Positions 39,338-47,676 of a stretch of 64,000 nt of DNA are shown here, piece after piece. This stretch comes from Bacilli bacterium (GTDB lineage: Bacteria > Bacillota_I > Bacilli_A > RFN20 > CAG-826). The position numbers and the translations under genes were made by a program. The stretch's first letter is position 1. Each line of letters starts with the position of its first letter. The stretch lies in assembly GCA_045597865.1 (NCBI GenBank), contig JAZLKX010000025.1, positions 352,001-416,000 of the forward strand, written 5' to 3'. Under the pieces are notes generated by a model. It was given only the letters and a program-made list of their open reading frames with translations. It was not told the DNA's origin and made no database searches.

Positions 39338-40684
39338 TTAAGTATTTTTACTCAAAATAAAAGAAAGTGCGAAATGTGGTATGACAATCTTTCTTTCATT
39401 TATGCCAAAATTTCCATCAATAACCTTATAACCATACGAATCAACATTATTTTTCAAAAAACGATTTAATGATGCACTAGCATTATTTGAAGCTTTTACC
39501 TCAATAGGAATAACTTTTCCATCTCTTTCAATTAAAAATTCAATTTCTTCGTTATCAGAAGGATGGTAATAAAATAAATTAAAATTTAATTTATAAAGAG
39601 TCTCACCAATAATGTTCTCATATATCCCACCTTTAACATTGCCAGTTAAAGTATTTGCCATTATTGCAATTTTACATTCCTTACCATATAAAGCAGTCAA
39701 TAATCCTGTGTCATGAAAGTATAACTTAAATTGTTCAACCTTTTTTTCTCCAACAAGAGGAATATATGCCTCATGAACATTATAAGAAGGCAAAACTAAA
39801 TTCGAATCAATTAACCATTGCACACTATCACCATATTTTTTACTAGTTTGATTTTTTTCAACTACTGAATACTGAAATTTTTTTATTTCTTTTGATAGTT
39901 GTGCAGGAAGTGAATCAAAACATTTTCTAACTTTTATTTTTTCACTTCCAACTGCATGAAAGGCAATGTCTTCTTTATAGTTTTCAATTATTTTATTTTG
40001 CATATCAAAAGCATCATAGTAATTATGCCTTTCATTGAATTTTAAAATCACTTCAGGCATTCCACCAATAACAATATATTCTCTAAACAAGTTTTGATAT
40101 TTTTCTACTATACCTTTATCAATACTTTTTGCTTGAATAATCTCTTCTTTTAATAAGTTGATATTGTTTTTCAATAATCCTTGACTCCAAAGAAACTCCT
40201 CAAAATCTAATGAATAAAGATAATAAATACGCTCATAGCCTACAGGAAGCAAACTGCATTCATCAACTTCTTTGTCATCATTTTCACTATAAATTAATCC
40301 AAGTAAAGAACCTGATGTTATAACATCATACCTAAAATCTTGGGCCATAACTTTTAATGCAGTTCTAGCATTAGAACATTTTTGAATTTCATCAAGAAAA
40401 ATTAATGTCTCACCATCTATAAAATTAACATCAGGAAAATATAAAACTAATTTTTTATAGATTTCTTCCTTATCCAAATTACCATTAAAAATAGCTTTTA
40501 AATCCGATCTATAAGCAAAATTAATTTCAATAAAAGATTTATATTCTTTTCTACCAAACATTTCCACTAAAGTTGTTTTGCCAACTTGTCTTGGACCCCT
40601 TAATGATAAACATTCAGTAATTTTGTTTTGGTTTCTATTTTTTTTCCAATTTAATAAATCGTTGTATGCTTTGCGTTCTAACAT
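39338..40684 (-). CDS. AAA_14 ATPase with DUF4143 / C-terminal PD-(D/E)XK-like domain
   Basis: GPRQVGKT, FLDEIQ, SGSLLG, GGMP, FKLYFHDTG, EIEF...IEVKA. Start MLERK after GGAGG. Confidence 0.9.
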   Translation of the reverse strand: MLERKAYNDLLNWKKNRNQNKITECLSLRGPRQVGKTTLVEMFGRKEYKSFIEINFAYRSDLKAIFNGNLDKEEIYKKLVLYFPDVNFIDGETLIFLDEIQKCSNARTALKVMAQDFRYDVITSGSLLGLIYSENDDKEVDECSLLPVGYERIYYLYSLDFEEFLWSQGLLKNNINLLKEEIIQAKSIDKGIVEKYQNLFREYIVIGGMPEVILKFNERHNYYDAFDMQNKIIENYKEDIAFHAVGSEKIKVRKCFDSLPAQLSKEIKKFQYSVVEKNQTSKKYGDSVQWLIDSNLVLPSYNVHEAYIPLVGEKKVEQFKLYFHDTGLLTALYGKECKIAIMANTLTGNVKGGIYENIIGETLYKLNFNLFYYHPSDNEEIEFLIERDGKVIPIEVKASNNASASLNRFLKNNVDSYGYKVIDGNFGINERKIVIPHFALSFILSKNT

Positions 40685-40697
40685 AGTTAAATCCTCC

Positions 40698-40815
40698 AAA
40701 AGGAATAAAATCGCAACTAAATTATGCTATAAAAGGAATAAAATCGCAACTAGAACTGATAAAAAAGGAATAAAATCGCAACTTAAATTAACGCAAAAAG
40801 GAATAAAATCGCAAC
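40698..40815. repeat. direct-repeat array (4 x 20 nt identical, 12-13-nt variable spacers) overlapping the promoter
   Basis: AAAAGGAATAAAATCGCAAC at 40698, 40731, 40763 and 40796. Minus-strand TTGCGA-17-CATAAT. Confidence 0.92.
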
Positions 40816-40825
40816 AAAATTAAAC

Positions 40826-42121
40826 TTACAAAATATCAGTCCACTTGCTTTCGCCCCATTCGGCAACAAGTTCAAATGAATCATCATCAATACTCCAAGT
40901 GCCGCTTGAAGGAATAACTTCGCCATTATATTTCCAGCAACCGAAGAAATATTCTTCATGAACTGGTGTTTCTAAAACATATGGTTGATCGAATGTAACT
41001 GAAATAATATTTTTGTTAATAACACCACCATTTGGGTCTAATGTTATTGTGTATGTTTTTGCTACTAAAGTAGCATTTACAGTCATATTCTTTAAAATAT
41101 TTGTAAAATCATCAACATCCCAAGAAACTATATAACCAGTCTTTTCTTTAGGAGTAGGAATATCGGTTAATGTTTGTCCTCTTGAAACTGTTTTTGAAAT
41201 AGTTGTTCCATCCCAATTTATAAAAGTAATCACTGGTTTTTCGGTTTCAACCCACTTAGCAATTAATGTAACATTATCTGCAACATTCCAAATTGATTCG
41301 TCTGTATAGATTACACCATCGTATTCCCAACCAATAAAATCAGCATTATCTTTACTTAATGTCATGTCAAGTCCTATACAAGGACTATCGTATGTTAAGG
41401 AAATTGTTGTTTCATCAATATCAAAACCATCAGCATCATATGTAACAACATATGAATTTGCGGTGCAAACTGCATGGACAGTTATATCTTCATTTAAATT
41501 TGTGAAATCTGTTCTGTCCCAACTAACAGTATAGCCAGTCTTTTTAGATGGCTCTGGAATATCAGTTAATGTTGCACCTTTAAATACGTTTTTAATAACT
41601 GAAGATTCGTCTATATCTATAAATGTAACAGTAACTTTTTCAGCTTCTTCAAATTTAGCAGTTAATGTGACATTGCTTGCAACATTCCAAATTGATTTAT
41701 TTGTGTATATAACATCGTTATATTCCCAACCAATGAATGTTGCATATTCTTTTTCAACAGACATATTAAGATTTGAACATTCAGAATCGTAAGTAACTTC
41801 AGCAGTTGTACCATCAACGCTACATCCTGGCGCACAATAAGTAACTGTATATGTGTTTGCGTTTGCGATAGCGTACACCAACATATCTTGTGAAATGTTT
41901 GTGAAATTAGATCTATTCCAAATAACTGTATAACCAGTTTTTGAATTTGGAGTAGGAATATCCGTTAAATTTTCGCCTTCTTTAACTGTTCTAATAACGT
42001 CATCAAAACCAGTTTGTTTAAATGTTATTGTGTATGTTGCTTTCTCTTTAGAACCACAGGATGCTAAAACAACACCAGAAAACAAAAGTGGTAAAAGAAT
42101 AATTAATTTTCTATTTTTCAT
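40826..42121 (-). CDS. lipoprotein made of InlB B-repeat-like (beta-grasp) domains
   Basis: Start MKNRK (ATGA overlap); lipobox LASC; three 133-aa units (399-nt period; LTDIP.P..KTGY.V.W...F.GW.Y). Confidence 0.85.
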   Translation of the reverse strand: MKNRKLIILLPLLFSGVVLASCGSKEKATYTITFKQTGFDDVIRTVKEGENLTDIPTPNSKTGYTVIWNRSNFTNISQDMLVYAIANANTYTVTYCAPGCSVDGTTAEVTYDSECSNLNMSVEKEYATFIGWEYNDVIYTNKSIWNVASNVTLTAKFEEAEKVTVTFIDIDESSVIKNVFKGATLTDIPEPSKKTGYTVSWDRTDFTNLNEDITVHAVCTANSYVVTYDADGFDIDETTISLTYDSPCIGLDMTLSKDNADFIGWEYDGVIYTDESIWNVADNVTLIAKWVETEKPVITFINWDGTTISKTVSRGQTLTDIPTPKEKTGYIVSWDVDDFTNILKNMTVNATLVAKTYTITLDPNGGVINKNIISVTFDQPYVLETPVHEEYFFGCWKYNGEVIPSSGTWSIDDDSFELVAEWGESKWTDIL

Positions 42122-45100
42122 TTTATTTCTCCATTGTGTTTGTCTACACACCAAGGTTCACCATTCTTAAATATAACTGTATAGTATGGGTAATTTTCAT
42201 ATAAAGTTACTGCTGGTAAAGTATATACTTTACAATACACTTTTCCAGTTTCATCTTTTAACTCTTGATATTTTTCAACATGAGTATGACCTTCAAATAC
42301 AGTCATTGGTAAATTGTAACCTTTTAATTCATTCAAAAGTTTTGTTTTAGAAGTTACATCAATATCTTGTAATGCAATATGGCTAATCCAAACAATTCCT
42401 TCAACAGAGCTATCCATTTGATTATTAACTTGATTCTTTAACCAAGCAATTTCTTTATCAGGAATGCCAAATTCAGTACATGGAAGAATATCTGCTGGAT
42501 CATCAGAACCTGTTCTTGTAAATAAAGCATCCACAGCGACAAACATTAAGCTGTCACGTTTAAATACTCCACATGTTCCAATTCCTTCCTCAAATGGTAC
42601 AAAATCAGTAAATTCTGACTTATTTGTATAAGCCACTTCGTGGTTACCGAGTAAGTTGTACATCATTCTAGTGCCTTCAACGTATCCAGAAGCGGTAGAA
42701 TTGTAAATATTTAAACCAGCTTCTTTCATTACACCCATGACATCTAAATAATTGTTCAATGAACCAACCATTGAGTTAACATCATCGCCTAGTGCAACAT
42801 AAAACTTAGAATCTAAAGTTTCATTAAATATTTGTCTTAATTTTGCAAGTGACTTTGTGCAATAGAATCCACCATAATCATTTAAATCATGATGAATATC
42901 AGACATAATTGTTGCTTTATTATATAAAGATGGTTTTGCAAGCATTTCGTTTTCATTTAAATATGAATGTGAAACTTCAAATGCATTATTATCTTTTAAC
43001 TTAATTAAAGTTCCGCCTAAAATTGATGAATTATAATAATCATAAATACCAGTTTTAGTTCCATAAGTATAACGAATACCATTATATAAAATTGAGAAGT
43101 TATTAACGTGGTCGTGTCCTGCGAAAACACCATCAATATTTGCTAATTTAAACGTTGCTTCTAATGAGGTGTTGAAAAGTGACATATTTTCGTTTTTCTG
43201 ACCAAAATCCCCGTCAATTCCTGAATTATCTAGGTTAAATTTCTCATCAGCAGCGTAACCATATTTATTCATATATGCGTTCTTAAAATCTACAGATGGA
43301 ATATGGAAACACGCAAATCCAGGTACTGCTTTTTCATATGCATCATTAACAGACAAAGAAACATTTTTAATCCAATTAATTTGATCATTTGCGAGTCCTG
43401 GGCCTTCTAGACAGCCTTTGCTATCAAGCATATAAATTACACGTCTAATTACACCACTATCATCAATAAGTCCGATTGAGTAGTTTCCATTACCAGAAAG
43501 ATTACCCTTCTTAAACAAGCAATTTTGAGCATTTTCAAATTGTTCACATTGCCAATTAACACCCATCTTAGACTCATTGTCGTGGTTACCAAAAACTGGT
43601 GCCCAAGGAACATTTAGTGATTCCATGAAATTTATAATTTCAGTCAAGATAATTCCCGAATCATCAAATTCACCATAAACAATGTCTCCAGTGAAAAGAA
43701 TTAAATCTGGATTTTCTTTATCAACAAGTTCTTTTACATGGGTTAAGCAGTTTTTATCTAAAGTGCCTCTAGACCACATATCTGTTGCAATAGGATTCAA
43801 ACGATCTTCGCTTCTCTTTTGTGAGGAATCAATAATTTGAGTATCGGTAATTTGAAGAATTCTCATCTCTCTATTACTTGGTATTTCAACCATGAAATCA
43901 ACTAAAGTTGATGCTTTTGCCATTGGAGAAAGTTTAAATTTAAGCATTGATTTGCCCCCCGAAACATCCAAATCGTAATCAACTAATTTGTTTGGAACAC
44001 CACCAACATTCACAATAATTTGTGAACCATCAGTAATCTTTTTATTATTAATTAAAACGTTCTTAATAACTGAAGAACCAGAGACTTGATATTCACCAGT
44101 GCTTTCATTATATGAAAGAATGTATGGAGATTCATAACCAACACATGGGTTTTCTATTTCAATACTATCTTCACTAGTTACAAGAGAAAGAGTTTCATCA
44201 AAGTAATCATCTAAAGCTAAACTTGGAGCACTGCCAATGTCATAATTAGAATAAGCACGTTTTGCTACTTCATAAACGGATCTAGAATGACTTGTAATCT
44301 CATTATCAGCAAATACAATGCATTCATCTAATCCATCAGTAACTTTTAAGTAGCCAATGCCGATGTACTCATCGGCGCGTTTTGAAGAGTCAATACCATC
44401 TAATTGACCAAAATATCTATAAAAACCATCTGTTTCTGCGGTTAAACTATTAACAAAACTAGAATTAACAACCTTTCTATAATCACCGGATGGAGTTTTA
44501 ACAAAATCATTAAAATCATTGAGACCTATGGATGATTTTGAAACAATAAATGTTCCAGTTTCAATATTAGAAACTCCAAAAGTCTTAACTAAATAATCAT
44601 AATTATCCTTACTAATTTTTGACTCAAATCTCATATTAGAAGGATCTGTCATTTTAATTGCTGCACCACTTGTTGTTTCAAAACCAAGTAATGTTGTAAT
44701 AACTTCAGTGTCACTATTAACTGTTAGGCTATCATTTTCTTTGTAAATCTTATCGCCAACTTTAAATGACACTAATTTTTTATCTAAATTATTTTCACTA
44801 AATAAATTAGCATAATATTGTTCATTAAGAACAACTTTATCTTTTTTCTTACAATATTCTACCTTTTTAACGCCATTTATAATGTGTGTTAGTTTAAAGC
44901 TTTCAGCCCACAATCCATCAAACACTGAGAAATGTGTTTCAGGTAATAGGGATGTAAAAAATTCGCATGATTCAACAACTAGTTCATTGTATGAATCCAT
45001 ATTTGGAGCATAAACCCACAAGAATGATGAGCCATAATACATGACTTCAGCACCACTAATATCTTTTAACGCGGTTCCATCAAGTTTGATTTTGCTTCCA

Positions 45101-47655
45101 ATTGGCTCTGAAACAAGATTAACTTCTTTCATTCCACCTTTATCTTCATTAGGAACATTTGAAAGCTTCTTAGAATATGAAAGCAAAACACCATTCTTAC
45201 CTTCATAAACGTCTCTTCCGGTATTGTTCCATAAAATAGAAGAGAAGTTCACTGCTTCAGGTTCTTTATAAAGTGCCCATTGTCCATTTCTTAAAACAAA
45301 CTTAACGTAATCTAAAACTTTGCTTTCAAAATGAGTGCCTTCTAAAACTTCTAAAGTAATTTCACCAGTTAGCGAATTCTGATATTCTTGAGGAATTTGT
45401 ATCTTTAGATACACAGTTCCATGAGCATAGTCAATAACAACGCCAGGAATTTCGCTTAATTTAACACCACTAAGTAAGATTCCTTCACCAGTAGTAGAAA
45501 CAACATCAACTGAATTTGCAGCTGTTCCTAAATTTACATCGTATCTTAATAAGTTGTGATAAACTTTTTTACCACCACTAATATCAATTAACTTATTGTT
45601 ATTTTCATCATTTGCAATTCCTAAACAATTTGCAATTTCTTCAACAGGAACGTATGTTGTAGTCCAACTTCCGTTTCTAAAATAGAATTCAATTGAAGGA
45701 AGAACTGAATCAAAGAATTCACACTCTTCAATGGTTAAAACTCCAGCTTCTGTCATACTTGGATCATAGATAAATAAATAACTTGTTGAGAAATATGCAA
45801 CAATTGCGTTTTCTAATTGAGATACCTTCGTATCACCAATAAAGATATGCTCACCAAAAACACGAGCATAATTAACTTCTTGAACCGCACCATCAATCTC
45901 AGTTTGAATTGCAGATAGGTTTTTATCAAAATCAATAAGTATTCCGTTTTTGCCTTCATAAACACCATAACCAATGTTGTTCCAAATAATACCTCGATAT
46001 GAAACTGGTGTTTTTGCAGTCTTTTCAGTAGTCCATAAGCTTGAACTATTTGCATATAATTTCACTTCTGGAAGAGTAGAATCAAGAAGATGTAAACCAT
46101 TTTCAATTTCTAGAGTTCTATAAGAAATCATATTATCTGCGTAAATAAATAAATAATTTACTTGATAATATGAAACTAATGCACCTGGTAAATCAGATAA
46201 ATTAACACCACCTAAATGGATTTGATTGCCAACAAGCGAAACGAGGTTTGTTGATTTAACGTTTCCATTAAGTTCATACGCAACATTTGATAAACTCTCG
46301 CTAAAGTTAATTAAAATACCTTTTTTACCACCATAAAAGTCATAATCCATATTGTTCCATTCAACTTTTACATAGTCTACAGGAGAATATTCCATTGGTT
46401 TTAAGCACCATAAATCAGTGCCATTGAACGACAAATTAACTTCAGGAAGTGATGAATCTAAGAATTTTGCACCACTTTCAATTCTTAAAGTTCTATACAT
46501 TGACATGTCATCAGCATAAATAAATATGTAGTTTTGAGCGTGATAAGCAATAAAAGCTCCAGGAAGTGATGAAAGTTTTACTCCGCCAAGATAAATATGA
46601 TTTCCAACAGTTAAATATAAATTGTTATCTGCTTTGAGTTCAGGATCAAATTTACTATCATATCTAATTCCGCCATTATACTCAAAAGAACTATCTGAAA
46701 GATTTTTATCAAAGCTAAGAAGTATTCCTTTTCTTCCATGGTAGAAATCATAGTCTAAATTATTCCAAGTAATTGCACTAAAAGTAGGTGAATTATAAGT
46801 TTTTTCGCTAGTGTTCCATTTAGAACTTGCATCATAAGACAACTTAACTTCAGGAAGAGATGCATCTAAAAATATCGTTCCTTCTTCAATTTTTAAAGTT
46901 CTATAAGCTGCCATACAATCAGCATAAACAAACATTAAATTTAGTTGATAGTAAGACACTAAGGCGCCTGGTAAATCAGATAATTTAGCTTCACCCAACA
47001 TAATATGTTTTCCAACTGTTGAAGCAAAATTAGTAGATCTTATTCCACCGTTATATTCGGTTGATTTATTAGATAAATTACCACTAAATTCTAATAAAAG
47101 ACCCTTTTTGCCACCATAAAAATCATAATCTATTTCATTCCATTTAATACTAACAAAGTCGACAGGATTAATTTTTTGCCATTTGTTATTACTTAAAGTG
47201 AAACGGACATTATCTAAAAAGTAATTTTCAAATTTAGTTCCGCTAATAACTTCTAAGGTAGGATTATCGCCTAAAGAGTCTTGGTATTCTTGAGGAATTT
47301 GTACTTTTAAATATTTAGTGCCATGAGCGTAATCTACAATAGCGCCTGGAATCTCACTTAATTTAACTCCAGAAAGCAAAATACCTTGACCAGTAGTTGA
47401 AACAACATTTACTGTGTTTTCTTTATCACCTAAGTCAACATCATACTTTAATAAAGTATGATAAACATTTTTTCCACCAGTAGTAATAAGCTTGTTGTTA
47501 TTTTCATCATTTGCTATTCCTACGCAAGTTGCAACAGGTTCTTCAGCAGTAACTTCAGATGAACCTTTTGAAGGCAACTTTAAAGTAACTAAAATAGAAA
47601 ACATCAAAACAATAGATGGAAATATCGAATATTTAAGTCTTCTTCTAGCAAACAT
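42118..47655 (-). CDS. 1845-aa secreted protein: 7 novel repeat domains plus two calcineurin-like metallophosphoesterase domains
   Basis: Signal peptide; repeats; MPE1 (QITDTQ, TGD, GNHD, FHIP, GHDH); MPE2 (SDIHH, LGD, GNHE, SH, GHTH). Confidence 0.85.
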   Translation of the reverse strand: MFARRRLKYSIFPSIVLMFSILVTLKLPSKGSSEVTAEEPVATCVGIANDENNNKLITTGGKNVYHTLLKYDVDLGDKENTVNVVSTTGQGILLSGVKLSEIPGAIVDYAHGTKYLKVQIPQEYQDSLGDNPTLEVISGTKFENYFLDNVRFTLSNNKWQKINPVDFVSIKWNEIDYDFYGGKKGLLLEFSGNLSNKSTEYNGGIRSTNFASTVGKHIMLGEAKLSDLPGALVSYYQLNLMFVYADCMAAYRTLKIEEGTIFLDASLPEVKLSYDASSKWNTSEKTYNSPTFSAITWNNLDYDFYHGRKGILLSFDKNLSDSSFEYNGGIRYDSKFDPELKADNNLYLTVGNHIYLGGVKLSSLPGAFIAYHAQNYIFIYADDMSMYRTLRIESGAKFLDSSLPEVNLSFNGTDLWCLKPMEYSPVDYVKVEWNNMDYDFYGGKKGILINFSESLSNVAYELNGNVKSTNLVSLVGNQIHLGGVNLSDLPGALVSYYQVNYLFIYADNMISYRTLEIENGLHLLDSTLPEVKLYANSSSLWTTEKTAKTPVSYRGIIWNNIGYGVYEGKNGILIDFDKNLSAIQTEIDGAVQEVNYARVFGEHIFIGDTKVSQLENAIVAYFSTSYLFIYDPSMTEAGVLTIEECEFFDSVLPSIEFYFRNGSWTTTYVPVEEIANCLGIANDENNNKLIDISGGKKVYHNLLRYDVNLGTAANSVDVVSTTGEGILLSGVKLSEIPGVVIDYAHGTVYLKIQIPQEYQNSLTGEITLEVLEGTHFESKVLDYVKFVLRNGQWALYKEPEAVNFSSILWNNTGRDVYEGKNGVLLSYSKKLSNVPNEDKGGMKEVNLVSEPIGSKIKLDGTALKDISGAEVMYYGSSFLWVYAPNMDSYNELVVESCEFFTSLLPETHFSVFDGLWAESFKLTHIINGVKKVEYCKKKDKVVLNEQYYANLFSENNLDKKLVSFKVGDKIYKENDSLTVNSDTEVITTLLGFETTSGAAIKMTDPSNMRFESKISKDNYDYLVKTFGVSNIETGTFIVSKSSIGLNDFNDFVKTPSGDYRKVVNSSFVNSLTAETDGFYRYFGQLDGIDSSKRADEYIGIGYLKVTDGLDECIVFADNEITSHSRSVYEVAKRAYSNYDIGSAPSLALDDYFDETLSLVTSEDSIEIENPCVGYESPYILSYNESTGEYQVSGSSVIKNVLINNKKITDGSQIIVNVGGVPNKLVDYDLDVSGGKSMLKFKLSPMAKASTLVDFMVEIPSNREMRILQITDTQIIDSSQKRSEDRLNPIATDMWSRGTLDKNCLTHVKELVDKENPDLILFTGDIVYGEFDDSGIILTEIINFMESLNVPWAPVFGNHDNESKMGVNWQCEQFENAQNCLFKKGNLSGNGNYSIGLIDDSGVIRRVIYMLDSKGCLEGPGLANDQINWIKNVSLSVNDAYEKAVPGFACFHIPSVDFKNAYMNKYGYAADEKFNLDNSGIDGDFGQKNENMSLFNTSLEATFKLANIDGVFAGHDHVNNFSILYNGIRYTYGTKTGIYDYYNSSILGGTLIKLKDNNAFEVSHSYLNENEMLAKPSLYNKATIMSDIHHDLNDYGGFYCTKSLAKLRQIFNETLDSKFYVALGDDVNSMVGSLNNYLDVMGVMKEAGLNIYNSTASGYVEGTRMMYNLLGNHEVAYTNKSEFTDFVPFEEGIGTCGVFKRDSLMFVAVDALFTRTGSDDPADILPCTEFGIPDKEIAWLKNQVNNQMDSSVEGIVWISHIALQDIDVTSKTKLLNELKGYNLPMTVFEGHTHVEKYQELKDETGKVYCKVYTLPAVTLYENYPYYTVIFKNGEPWCVDKHNGEIK

Positions 47656-47676
47656 ATCAATTCCTCTTTTTAAATT

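Noticed and set aside
40698-40815. CRISPR array or type III toxin-antitoxin RNA repeats
   Set aside because: The spacers are only 12-13 nt, the repeat is 20 nt and non-palindromic, no cas genes are present, and there is no terminator between array and gene. The promoter lies inside the array, so most repeats would not be transcribed.
40578-40823. 81-aa plus-strand ORF with repeated KRNKIAT/KGIKSQ
   Set aside because: It is a translation of the DNA repeat array, antisense to the ATPase start; the repeats shift frame, so it is unlikely to be coding.
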